DNA from: Gnetum montanum
Lineage: Eukaryota > Plantae > Gnetophyta
Length of the DNA stretch: 64,000 nt
Reading direction: 5' to 3'
Assembly (NCBI GenBank): GCA_015680685.1
Contig: MNCI01003467.1
Location: forward strand, 327,564 to 391,563
The notes under the pieces were generated by a model that did no database searches, had not been told where the DNA came from, and worked only from the letters and a program-made list of their open reading frames with translations. Within the stretch, counting starts at the first letter, position 1. Each line of letters opens with the position of its first letter. This document shows positions 12,168 through 24,931 of the stretch, piece after piece. The translations under genes and the position numbers were made by a program.

Positions 12168-15100
12168 TCAAAAAATGCACCCTAGTTCCCCTAGATCATA
12201 CACTTGAGGTTTCTCACATACCATCTTGAATGATTTAGTTTTTTTGTTATCATCCCATGTAATCATGATGGTAATTGAATTTTTATCATCGAAGTCCTTA
12301 GTACCTCTTTTTGTTGGTGTATGATTGTAGTTGAGTACTTCTATTTGTAAGTTCTTAGTTGGGATCATTTTCTTAAAAGAGGAGTTAATAAGTGGCTCAA
12401 ATTATTCCATGCATGTTTTGGACAATTTAACATTCTCAATTGTTGACCAGTGGGTATCTTTTGATTTAGTGGCCCCTACTTTCTCTTGTGCACATACTCT
12501 CTCTTTGGTTTTTCACATTTGTTGTGGACTGGTGTAATAACTGTGCTAACATTCTAGAAGGTTACTCCACAACTACACCCTTCTTTTTTAGTAGTAATGC
12601 ATGAAATATTTTGTGAATGTATGGCTCCATAATTATCTTCCTTAGAGATGTCAAGAGACAAGTCTCTCATGTTTAACTTAGCATCCATAGTGCTAAGCCA
12701 TGCTCTTCCCATTATGATCAAAAATTTGTTGTCATTATTTTTCATGTCAATCACTAGAAAGTCTACTAGATATGACCATCCATTGATAATGTTCATCACA
12801 TCTTCTATTTGTTTTATAGGGATGGTGACAAATTGATCTGCAAGCTCTAACTAGATGTTGCACTTCTTTAAGGTTAGCAGGTTCCATGCTTTGTATGTTT
12901 CTAGACAAATCAAGTTGACTCTGAAACCCAAATCTAGTAGAGCCTTGCATGGTAGATTTTTGGCTACTTGTAGATAAATCAATTGAACTCCTAGATCCAT
13001 TCTTTTTCTAAGAAGTGTTCTTAGCTTGATGTAATCTGATACTATCTTTGTTATCATGATAGTCTGCATGTTTGTATCTAATGATGGTGGAAGCTTGTTG
13101 TTTTTAGGAGGATCTTCCATAGAGTAATATTGTGCTAATGAGGTTCCAACTCTACTATTTTTTTTTTGGACTTTTCCTAAGGAAAGAAATTTTTTTCAAT
13201 TGGCCCTTAGTGTTGCTAGTAAGATCCTCTATCTATATACTTAGCACCCTTGTAGCTTTTCTCTATTATAGTTATTATGGCAATTCCCCTTGTATAGTGG
13301 GTGGTGGCACTAATGGCAAAGAATGAGGAATTTGATTTCATGAATCAACTGCTTGTAGATGCATATATGGATTGGAGTCTATCCTTGGTGGCATCAATCT
13401 ATGGTATTCAGCTAGAAAATATTTTGAAACTTGAACTATTACATTTCCTGGAGAGATTGGAGGTTACACGTAGTATCCATAAGGATCAAGTTGCCAATAT
13501 GGATACTGTTGACATGGTGGTAGCATAGCTCACAATTGAGGTTATTATCATTGCTGATATTTTTGCTCTTGTGATTGTGATAGAGCTTCACTAGGATAGT
13601 ACATGCGATGGAAGTTTTACCTGAAGTTACCTTGAGGGTAAGGTAACCTTTTGGGCATCTGTTTCATGACAAATCTAGGATTAAGTGCATATGCCACTAT
13701 TTCTTGTAAGTGTGCCATTATTGAACAACATCCTTTGGCATGTTTGTATTGGCATACAACACATCCTTTCTCATCTTTGGAGCTTGTGTTTGAACACTCA
13801 ACCACTAAAGCCACTTTGCCCTTTTGTCTAAAATCTCTCTTCTTTTTCTTAGCCTTGTCTTTATCAAAGGCTTTCCCTGTTTGCTCCTCCATAATCTTCA
13901 AGGCTATTGTAAATTTTTCATCAACTAAGTCCCACATCTTCTCTAGCTTTGCTGCTATATCAATGATATATTTTTGGATAGGTAGAGTTTTCTACTAAAT
14001 TACCTATTCCAAGGTCTCTTCTTCTTGTGTCTCACAAACTCTTGCATCCCTTTTCTTGATAGATGGATCTTTGTTATATTCTTCTACTAATTCTCTTTTT
14101 CTTAGCTATCCTTCCTTCTTTGTCACTTGGTCAATCAATTATTTTATTTCATGGATAGACATTTCAAACAATTGGCCTTAGGAATAAACCCCTATGATCT
14201 CTCTAGTCTTGTTATGTAGCCCATCAATAATGTACCTTAGCTGTTTCCATTGGGAAAATCCATGACCTAGGCACCTATGTAGTAGTGAATAATACCTAGC
14301 CATTACTACATCAAGGGATTCATGAGTCCCTTGCTTCCATCATTGGATCTATTTCTATAAATTGAATGCTTAGGAATAAGTTTGATATTTGTCATTGAAG
14401 AGCTCTAGCATGGTACTCCATCTTCTGATTGAATTTGGTTCATGTGATCTGCATAAGCTCTGAACTTCTTTCACAACTTTTCATGGGAACAACTTCAATT
14501 TCTACCAATCATTTTCAATATTTTGCAAGGAGCAAGCATCATGAAATGCTTGAAGGTGGTGTTGAGGATTAGCATTGTAACCACCCTTAAATCTAGGCAT
14601 ATTGTTCATGTCAAGCCATTTGATATGACTATCCCTTATGTGCCTGGTTAGAATATAAATAACTTCCTTGATGTTAATCATACTTTAAGTAGCCAATAGG
14701 GGTTCATCATCATAATTAGATTCATGACCTTTGTTGTAGTGGTACCCCCTTTGGTGCTCATGTCTTTCTCTATCTTCTCTCTTATCCCTATGCCTTTTTT
14801 GTTCATAATTTTTATCCTCTTCATCAGAGTGCCTTGGGAGATAGTCATGGTGATCATGAGTCCTTTGCTCTTCCATTTCCTAGTCTTGATACTTGTGTCT
14901 CCTTCTATCAAAGTCTATTGATGATCCTGAGGATGAAGATGAGGCAGTGGGTGAACAATGTTAGCTTGTCCTCCTTCCATGACTTTGGTATTCTTCTTTG
15001 TGGATCTAGTAGAAACTCTTGGCCTTGAGTCCTACTTATACTTTAAGTCTATTGCCTTCCTTCTAGATGTCTTTGCTAAGGAAGAATGCAATTGCACTTT

Positions 15101-15600
15101 GATAGGTTCCTCCAATCAGATGATAGGTGTTTGTGAATGAACTTCATGATTTTAGTGGATTTGTTCAGCAATGAATATATTATCATCAAGCTCTTCTAAG
15201 ATAATAAGAGATCTTACCTACTTTCCTTGATTATTAGTATGCTTAATCTCCATGGCAGCATCTCTCTTTACTTGCTTCTGAGTGGGTTAATAGGGCCTTG
15301 TCATGTGTTTAGTCACACGATACGAGTTAAGTGCCTTACTTCAATGCATGCCCCTTAGAGCTATCTAAAGCATGATGGATGTTGAGTGCTCTGGAGGTAG
15401 AAGAATGTTACCTTGAAGATCTTTCCACTTTAGTTGTCAATCTTAGTGAAAGATGAAAGTAAAATTGGGATAGTTAAGGATTGTGAAGAGCATATGAGAT
15501 CCTTGCTTACATTGGCATACTCCATTCTTCTTCATCATTGATTTTATCATTGCCCCTTTTCCTCTCTTTGGTAGGTGGTGATGTATCTTTTTTTGAAATT
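12168..15600 (-). pseudogene. gag: gag-protease remnant of A
   Basis: Gag core at ~14200-14650, knuckle CVVCQYKHAKGCC at ~13725-13763, protease ALLDLGFRVNLI and GWSYLVDFLVIDM...IIMGRAWL. It ends without RT. Confidence 0.85.
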
Positions 15601-15717
15601 TAAGATGCTTAGTTAAGTATGCTTACTTTTGAAATTATTAAAGGACTATGAATTTTAACTTTGAGTTTTTGATACAATGGACTTTGTGAAATCAATTACT
15701 CAACATACATTGATACA

Positions 15718-15736
15718 TCCCCTACAACAACACCAA
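15718..15736 (-). promoter_or_regulatory. PBS of A (tRNA-Asp type)
   Basis: Minus strand TTGGTGTTGTTGTAGGGGA is a deaminated form of the Athila PBS TTGGCGCCGTTGCCGGGGA. Confidence 0.8.
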
Positions 15737-16629
15737 TGATGAGTGGTGGAGCAATCCAACATCCAACCATAAGAGTCACAAGTGTCCATGCATGACTCGA
15801 TCATAATCCATGGATGAGGCAATGTTATTATGCTAGCAATTGGTTTAAGGTCAAGACTATTGTCTTTTGACATGGAGCTAGTGAGGTCTATGTGTATGGT
15901 TTAGCTCACCATGAGGTATACGATAACTGATGTTAGCTAACCATTATAAATCCTAGCAAAAATGATAAAAATAGAAATAATTTCTAAGTCTATGTAAAAT
16001 AAGTAACAAATCTACCCTAGCCTAAGGTGATGGATATCCATTCTTGATTTTCCATACACATCTTGGGCTTATGTAATTGTTACTAGGATTACTAAGTATC
16101 TCACTACTAGGTGAAACAAGCAATAATACTACTGGGTTACCAAATGATCACACCTTATGCTTGAAATCACTCATATCCATTCTGCATAATAACAATAGTA
16201 AAAGTAAAGTGTACTTTGGAAAAGTAAAACATTAAGCTAGAAAATAGAAAATCTTATTCTAAGTAAAATAGGAAACTAGGAGAAAGCTGTAATAGTTTGA
16301 AATAGCTCAATCTTTATTACCTGTCACACTTGTGTTCAAGTATAAGATGTTCAAACAAAGATGTCGTTCACCAAGTCATACTACATTGTGGGCATTCACA
16401 CTTCTAATTGCTAAGTCTAAGTGCATAAAATAAAACTACAAGAGTTCTATTACTAGTGGAATGAAACTTATGTGGATTATGTGCCCAAGTGTCATATTTA
16501 TAGCGTTGCACACATCTTAAGATATTGTATCAACGATGATGTAGCATGTGCTACAATATTGAATAAATGACATTGTTGATGTGATATTATTGTTAAGATA
16601 TTGTTGATGATGAAAATTTGACTTTATCA
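15737..16629 (-). repeat. 5' LTR of element A
   Basis: TGATG...TATCA, 893 bp, matches 1-396. Confidence 0.92.
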
Positions 16630-17344
16630 ATACATTTTTTAAATATTTGAGTTTTGTACGTATTTTTATGAATAAATAATAAAATATGATATGAAATTGC
16701 CATGTGTACCAATTGGAGCATGATATTCTAATAATCATTTTTCATTTTGGTGTGTGCGATATGTTTGGGAAAAATTATATTATTTTATCATACATTAATA
16801 TTGTATTAATATTTTTTCTTTAATTTTGATAAATTTCAAACATGAATATCTTTATTTCTAGATGGTTGATTGAGGTGAAATAACTATCATTAGAATTACT
16901 ATTTTGCATACTACTTAATGATGTAGATAGTTAATTTTTTTGACATCTACATCTTTGTGCTTATGTTAATTTCTTTTTTTCTAAAATTAATTTTATTTAA
17001 TTATTTATGCAAGTAATATAATTTTTTGCTAAGTTGTATTACTCTACTATAATTGTGCATGTAATTGACAAATTTTATTTAATTTATAGCTACTTTTTGA
17101 ATTAGTAAATCAAGGTTAAATCTAGATAATTAATAACATTTCTATTAGTTATTACTTCTTGAATAATTAAATCAAGGTTTTATAGCATTTCTATTAGTTA
17201 TTTATAGGATTTTATAGATCATTATTAGGGGTGTTGTATGTGTGGTATGAGAGTAAGGATTTTTTTTCTTAGATGTCATCATATTGAATTCTTTTAGGCA
17301 TTATTTGATTTGTTTGATATTTTCTAAATCTGATTTAGTACGAA

Positions 17345-20300
17345 ATGAGTGGAACAAGATTAGTCAATGATACCCAATGAGAAAATTCCTAAAATACTTC
17401 AGTAATACAAAATTAGGTGTTTAAGTAACTATCAATTTTTCTTCAAAATCAAAACAAGAATAATTACAATAAAGGTTTAAGAAACGAAGGAAATTAACAA
17501 GAGTAGAGGCAACTAATTCATAGTTTTAAGAGGCTAAAACTTCCTACCTTTCCAGAAACTAAAGATCCCATTGTTGCTATTAAATAACTGAATGGGTTAA
17601 AGAAAGCTTTTTGAAGTTTGCATTGCATTGTTATTAAGAAGATATCTTTATCTTTATATTAGTTAGAATGTGTAGCTAAATGATGGTGGAAAATAAATAA
17701 TTAGACATTAGGAGGATGAAGAAATAGATTGGGACCAAGTTAATAAAAGTTTCAAGGATAGGTATCTATCTATGACCTATCAGGAGAAGAAAAAAGATGA
17801 GTTTAATTGACTAATTCAAGGATTTATGTTTGTCCATGACTATGATAATAGGTTTACTAAACTACATTAATATACTCTTCATGTTTTGCAAAATGAAGTT
17901 TCCATTACTAGAAAATTTGTAAAAGGATGAAGGCCTTCCATTAAAACCATATTTGTAGCATTAACGTTGGATAATTATGAGGAGGCATGGGATAGAGTCA
18001 TTATTGTGAAAAGAGAATAAATGGATGATGTAGCTTAAGGAGATAGAAAGAAAAATAAAGAAGCATCAACTAGAGTTAATTAGGAGAAGTCTAAGTAACC
18101 TAGGGAATCAAATGGACCTGTCCAACAACAACCTAAGGGATTCAATGAACTAGTTTATCCATTTAATCCTAGGTTCCCACTAAGATCTAATATTTGCTTC
18201 TATTGGAAGGGAATTGACCATTTTAAGAAAAAGTATTTGAAGCTACTTCAAAGGGAGAGTTCTATGTAGAATAAGAGAATATGATCTATGTTCTCAAATC
18301 CTAGGATTATCCAAGAAAATATAAGAGGAGTTGCTAATAATCCTAGGGTGGTTGAGGAGAAGAGAGGAATTGACAATAATTAAGGAAGAGGTAGGATACC
18401 AATGAATCATGACAAAATCTCTACTATACTAAGAAGAGATATAAAGAAGTAACCTAACACAACAGTTGAGACTAAAGGTATGCTTTATGCATAGCCTATC
18501 CTTATTCTTTTTTATTCTAGAGCTAGATATTCTTTTATTAATAGTCAAATAGTGGAAAAATTAAAATTTTCATTTCAAAACCTAGAAATTCCATTATTTG
18601 TTCAAGCTATGGGACACAATGTATACATGATAGAAAATTAATGTAAGAATCCTACGCTAAGGATATAAGATAAGGAATGGAGTGTAGATTAATTTATTAT
18701 GGATTTAGAAGAATATGATATTATTTTGGGAATTGATTGGTTATGTTGATTAAATGGGTTTCTTTACTGTAAGACTAAGATAGTTCAACTAGAGTTAGGA
18801 TATGGATAATAAGTCTTGGCTATAGCTAAAGAAAGATCCATTAAGGTTGATTTAATTTCCTTCCTCTAGAATTTCATGAAAATGTATAGAAAAGGACATA
18901 TATTCTTTATGGCTATTGTTAAATTAGAAATTAAAAAAGAAGATATAGTTGTTATTCTAGTAATCAATGAATTTTCAGATGTATTTACAAAATAATTATT
19001 AGGGCTTTCTCTAAAAAGAGAAATAGAGATAGAGATTTCTCTTAAACTAGGTATAGAACTAATTTCTAAGGCACCATATCTAATGTCTAAGTTGAACTAG
19101 TAGAGATTTAGATATAAATGTGTTGAATTTTGAATTTACCCCTTTGTATCATCAACTCCACAATTATCCAAGATTTAATGTGTAGGAAGTAATATTATAG
19201 AATCATAAGATCGTAACTATCTTCTTAATGAAAACTACTTGTAATACTATGCAAGTGTAAGTATCATAAGTCTTACTGATTAAACTGCTTCTAAATCCTT
19301 TTATGATTAAAGTTATGCTATCTTGATTCCATAACTTAATATTGGTCATAATTTATAGATATATTCTACAACAAGTACTATTTCTAGTTCTAGTGAATTA
19401 TAATCATCATCTTTAAGCTTACTATAATTCTAGATTCAATCATATTAAGAATATAAGAACTTCTTGTGTTTTGGTGGTGTTATTCTTTCTTTGATAGTGC
19501 ATCTTTTTTTGGATTATATTTATCTCTTTATGATAAGATTATAATATACTTAAAATTATTATTCATAACTCATTATATTACCAACACTTGTACATGGACT
19601 TATCATAGTCCTTGGTGCATTATTAAGTTCTCAATGAACTTAACTTCACCTTGTTGACTATACTTCATTAAATCTTCTCTTTGACTTAACTTCACAACAT
19701 TTTTTCATACTTCACTAAGCCATTCTATCTTAGCTTCATCTGCTTATAGACTACTTATTCATAAGTCTTTATTTTTTTATTCCATCATAACCTTTTAAAT
19801 GACCTTCTCTTCTTCTTTAAGAAAATAGACCAGGCTATGTATGACACAACTAGGATCTTTAGTTCTTCTTTAAGAAACTAGATCCTATGTTACAAGGATC
19901 ATAGATATCTTGTAACACTTACTCATTAGTTCTTCAAAATTGATAAACTCCCATTTCTCACTAATGTTCATATTTTTTAGTTCAAGAGCATTACTTCTAG
20001 CTATTGTTCCAATGCCACTTATTTACTCATCCTTATATAATTATTCTTTCTTCTTCACTTTCTATATTCATGGTCCTTGGTTTATCTTACTATCTTCTCT
20101 TTTGATTTGGTTATAGCTTAAGGTTTCTTATAACTTATAATACATTGTAACTATTGGCTGAATTATCATAACCTTTCATAACAAATGATAGATTAAGTTA
20201 AGAAACTAATGATTGTAACTTAACTTAGGAGTATATTCCAACAAGGTGCAAGAACGTTTAGGTAAAGGTCTTATTCAACCTAGTGTTCCTCTGTGAGGTG

Positions 20301-20418
20301 CACAATATTATTTATTAAAAATAAAGATGGGAGCTTATGACTATGCATTAATTATAAATAGTTAAATAAATTTATTGTTAAGAATAAATATACTATATAG
20401 AATAGATGACTTATTTAA
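17345..20418 (+). pseudogene. gag-PR-RT(N-terminal) remnant of J, interrupted at 19121-20243
   Basis: Motifs YQEKKKDEF..LIQG, LFYSRARYSFI, EYDIILGIDWL, VINEFSDVF and ISKAPYLMS precede the insertion. VQERLGKGLIQPS, KNKDGSL*LCINY and RIDDLF follow it. Confidence 0.85.
19121..20243. mobile_element. Solo LTR of an unidentified family inserted in J
   Basis: TGTTG...CAACA, 1123 bp, non-coding. The degenerate TSD is AAATG/AGGTG, and the J pol sequence resumes directly after it. Confidence 0.75.
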
Positions 20419-20910
20419 TGATGGGACGCGATATCGCGGTGCGCCATCAAATCTATAAATAAGAGGCGGCTCTCCCTTGTTTCCACATCTAGGCCTAGAC
20501 CGTAGCAAAACTCTGGTAGTTTGATCCCTCCAGAGATAGAATAATTTCCATGTGCTTGCAGTAGGAACTCCAAAGTGAACAGATCTTTATTTGAGCAAAT
20601 ATTGTACCTGAACACATGTTTGTGTATGGCAATAAAGATGAACTTCTTGGATAAACCTTGCAGTGCATGGAATAGGCTAAATAGGATTTTATTTACTGTT
20701 ATTTATTGTTCACCATTTAAATGCTTTATTAGTTAATTAAATCTTTCTCAACCCTTCTCTCCTAGTTAAGTGCCTCAGTATGACCGCTTCGAGCACATGC
20801 GTTACACNGTTAATTAGTCTCTTCACCCTTCACCTTGTCAGCATAGGAGATAAAATAGAAAAGACTATAAAAATCACATACCTCATTCTTACTTAACCAT
20901 ACAATCATGA
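20419..20910 (+). repeat. C': truncated Athila-like LTR in plus orientation (contains an N at 20808)
   Basis: Starts TGATGGGACGCGATATCGCG, with TATAAATA at ~20455. It is the reverse-complement homolog of ~22685-23349, with about 130 bp missing at the N. Confidence 0.85.
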
Positions 20911-22387
20911 GCTACTTGCTCCAACAATCTATGAACCTCATGGGATCTAAGTTCAGATAATCTCCCTTAGGCATATGTCCCAAGGGTTCTCTTGGTTTCA
21001 TGTCTTAGCCCATCTACGAGATGGCGTAGTTGATCCCGTTGTGTGTAACCATGGCTTGGGCAATGATGTAGCAATGCATAATATTGGCCCATGGTAGCAT
21101 CCAAGGATTCATGAGTTCCCTGCTTCCATCCTTGGATTTGTTTTCATAAGTTGGACACTCGGGAGTACATTTGATATTTATCATTAAACAGTTCTAGCAT
21201 TGTACTGTACCTCCTAATGGCTTCCAGTTCTAAGGACCCATACCAGCTTTCTGTTTCCTTTATGAGTGTCCTTGGGAACAACTTTAAATTTTGCCACTCA
21301 TTTTCAATGTTTTGCAAGGCGCAGGCTTCATGAAATGCCTATAAGTGATTCTACGGATTAATGTTGTATCCCTCCTCAAATTTTGGGATATTATTCATGT
21401 CTAGTCTCTTGATCCGACTATCTTTTTGGTGCCTTGTAGGTATTCTAATGGCCTCTGTAATGTCTAACATGCTTCGGGTTGCAAGTAGGGGTTTGTCATG
21501 GTCGTCTCTCTCATGGTGTCTATGATGTCTACATGGTTCCCTACTTTCCCTTCTTTCATGCCTTGATTCCCTAGAATTCCCTCATCCTCACTCCCAACTC
21601 TCTCATTGAGGTCTCTCATTTTTCTTATCCTTAACCTTATCCTCACGGTTGGGCTTTTGTGATTGTGTCCAGATGTGGAAGGAGAGGATGAATGTTGCGA
21701 TGAAGTGGAAGAGGAAGGAGAACCATCGCCATGATGATGTTTCCTATCTTCCCTTCGGTGATCTCAACCCCGATCATGATGATGATCAGAATGCTCACCT
21801 TTATTTTGTGTTTGTGTCCCCTCATTGAACACTTGGTGTTCATGGGAATTAGAACCAGGGTTGTGTATCGTGGAGTGAAGGTTCTGATAAACCACCTCCT
21901 CACTATCGTTAGGAGGGGGAACATCATTTCGTGGAGAACCTAGTAAGATAGGTTCACCACCCTAAATTTCTCTTATGACGAGCGAAGCATTATGGGGTCC
22001 TTTGCCCTTCAACAATGTGTGATAACTCTCCTACCACAAGTCCCATTGATGTTACGCTTCTGTGGGATGGTAGTCCCTTATGTTGTAATTGAGCACGATG
22101 TACTCAGCGTATAATTGTGACATGCCAATTTGTGCAAGGGCACAAAGGAGCATGTTGGGGGTAGCTCTATCTAGAGGCAACACTATGTCACCCTCCAAGT
22201 CTCTCCAATGTATTTGTTCATCTTGATCAAAGACAAAGGTAAAGTTGGGTATATATTCATCGTGATGAATATATACCACACTAAATTGTTGAGGAACTGG
22301 CAGTTCTTGGTTATGTGCATGGTGCCCTTGACTATCTCTAGTGTTGGTCCTAGGCGATGAAGTGCTTTTGTGTGGAGAAGAAGACAT
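20911..22387 (-). pseudogene. gag: Truncated gag of C
   Basis: MSSSPHKSTSS...YIPNFTFVFDQDEQIHWRDLEGDIVLP, then a gag core homologous to A, D and E. Confidence 0.85.
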
Positions 22388-22533
22388 GTTTGTTTTACTC
22401 AATGTGCTGTTATCGTTATGTTATATTTTTGTATGATTAACCCTAAGAGTTCGTTTAAGCTTCCCAACAATGTGGATGATTTCCTATGTTCTACTTAGTA
22501 CACAAACAACTAAGTCCCTAGAAACGGTGTCAA

Positions 22534-23349
22534 TGATGAGTGGTGAGGTACCCCTACACTCAACCATACGAATACGAGCGTTACATGCACGATCCAGTCA
22601 AACTCCAAGGACTAAGTGCTTATGCACCTTATGGAACACTTAAGGTTAATCAATCATTGTCTTCCCAGACTTACTTGTATTGTCACGGTTGTATGATTAA
22701 GTAAGTTTGAGGTATATGATTTTTATGTCTTTTATCTTTTTAACGGCTATGCTAAAAGGTGAAGGGTGATGAGAGTAAGTAACTAACTTTCACTAACTAA
22801 GCTTTAATCATCCTAGCATCAGTATCTGCTCCCACTTGCCGTACACACCCTAAACTAGTGCAACGCTACTTGGATTACCAAACGCTATTTGTTACTGGGT
22901 TACCAAGCGTAGCACATGTGCTTGAAGCGGTCGTACTGAATGCACTTAACTAGGAGTTAAGGGTTGAGAGAGATTTAATTAACTAATAAATAATTTAAAC
23001 ATTTAACATTAATTAAGTTCTATTTAGCTTAGTCCATGCACTGCAAGGTTTATCAGAAAGTTTGTCTTTATTTTCATACACAAATGTGTGCTCAGGTACA
23101 AATTTGCTCGAATAAAGATCCGTTCACTTTGAGAATCCTACTATGGGCACATGGAAATTATCCTATCTCTAGAAGGGTAAAACTACTAGATTTTTGCTAA
23201 GGGTCTAGATCTAGATGAGGAAACAAGGGAGATCCACCTCTTATTTATAGAACTGGCAATGGATTGCGATATCGCATACGTGATATTGTAGGGAACGATG
23301 CGATATCGCATACGCAATATCGCGGCCTATGCAATATCGCATCCCATCA
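22534..23349 (-). repeat. 5' LTR of C
   Basis: Terminal TGATG/CATCA, a CGATATCG palindrome array at 23262-23342 and a TATA box at ~23241-23250. Confidence 0.88.
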
Positions 23350-24931
23350 TGTGGGTACTGAAATGCCTTTGAAAAAAACAATAAAATCCCTTATTCCTAT
23401 CCTTCAAGATGGAATAATGGATGAAAAGCCTTGTATGCTTGTATGTTGGGCTTCCAACTCAAGCTAACACCTAGCATAAGAACCACCAAATCATTGACAT
23501 TCAAGCTAGCTTAAAGAATCCTAGCATGATCACCAATGTGTACTAATCATAACCAAGATTATTCCATAATTAATTCAAGTTCTAACCATCAAAGGGACTC
23601 ACCAAAATTCCAATTTTTCAACAAGTGATACCAACATAAGAAGCCCTTCAAAGGAGCTTATACACTAGGATTTTAAGGTTCTTAAGCTAAGATTTAGGTC
23701 AATTACGTTGCCAAATCTTAAGAACCAATGTGAGCTCATCCAATAAATCAAAATTCATTTATTCTAAAATCAAAACCCTAAGGACCACACCAAAACCCTA
23801 GATGATGCCCTTGAAGTCACTAGAAGGCAAAAACCAAGTTGAAACAACTTTAAAAATTCTCACTAAAGTCTACCACACTAATATTCACCCCAAATACATT
23901 GTCATAATGTATATGCTAGTGTGAGGAGGTTTTGGAAATAATTTGGTTTTAGTATAATTTTCAAAATTAGCAACTTTTTCTCCCAAATATTATACACTAA
24001 CACTATGTTTTGAAAAGTTAGAAAATAGGTCAAAAATATTCCAAATCAACTACATTGGAAAACCCCCTACCATAACACATGATAGTGTAAGAACCAAGAA
24101 AAGTTGTTACCTTGCCCCAAATTTCCCAAAATGTGCACCAAACTAGATGAAACCATAGGCATAGACCACACAAGCCTTTTGTAGCCAAAAACTAGGTTCA
24201 AAATCCTCCAAATAGGTCAAGGTCTATCAAGCACACTAAGGATCCTCTCAAATATGCTACCACAACATACGAACTAGCATGAGCATGATTTCACATGGTT
24301 TGTGGCTTGAAAAATGTCTTAAGGGTTTCTTGGTAGGCCCTACAAGGGTTAGAATGAAAAATCAATTTTTTCTATAATCTTTTTAATTAATGTTTCTACT
24401 AAAAGCCTTATTTGTTGCACTTAACAATCACTTCTCACCTAGATAAAACCTTTATTTCACAACAACGACTAATTTTACCTATTTTATTTATTAAAAAAAT
24501 AATTTAAAAAAATAAAAAGGAAATTTTAAAAATATAAAAAAGCACATGAAGAAATAGAAAACTTTAAAAAAAAGAAATATATATATAGAGTAATTTTCTA
24601 GTATTTTACTACTATTTTTTCACATGTTATTTCTATTTTTAGCAAAGGTTTTCTATTTTTGCTAGGTTTTTTTATTTATTTTTATATATCTCAATCTATT
24701 TTCCATAACATTTTTCATTATATAACATTTTACAACATATTTGCTTGAAAGTTTTGTCCATTTTGGTAAGTTGCACCCTTATCCATCTACTTTGGTAGTT
24801 TACAACCTTTCTTACATTGGATTTCCAACCATGAAAACCTAAAACTCCAAAACCTACAACAACTATTATTACCTATACTATGTCCAATCTTTTTCACACT
24901 TAGTTGTCATCATTTGATGGTATCTAGTTGC

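Larger units (their letters stand above)
1..16629 (-). mobile_element. Element A: non-autonomous Athila-like Ty3/gypsy LTR retrotransposon (gag-PR + env-like, no RT/RH/INT), left end outside window, interrupted by element B
   Basis: LTR pair at 1-396 and 15737-16629. A tRNA-Asp-type PBS lies next to 15737, and a PPT with the Athila TGAGGACAAG motif lies next to 396. Gag, zinc knuckle and protease remnants are present. Confidence 0.9.
16630..20418 (+). mobile_element. Element J: truncated, highly decayed Tekay/Del-like chromovirus (3' part of 5' LTR, PBS, gag, PR, RT start)
   Basis: LTR end GGGGTGTTGTA at ~17238 and PBS TGGTATGAGAGT at 17243-17254, followed by coding remnants. Confidence 0.8.
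20911..23349 (-). mobile_element. Element C: 3'-truncated Athila-like element (5' LTR, PBS, N-terminal gag)
   Basis: LTR 22534-23349 (TGATG...CCCATCA), PBS TTGACACCGTTTCTAGGGA at 22515-22533, and gag from ATG 22387. Confidence 0.88.

Noticed and set aside
13651-15140. Plus-strand hydrophobic ORFs (also 21731-21943, and minus-strand 54588-54824) as membrane proteins
   Set aside because: They are antisense shadows of purine-rich gag coding sequence.
20419-23349. TIR DNA transposon
   Set aside because: The inverted ends are Athila-type LTR sequences, there is no TSD or transposase, and the interior is gag.
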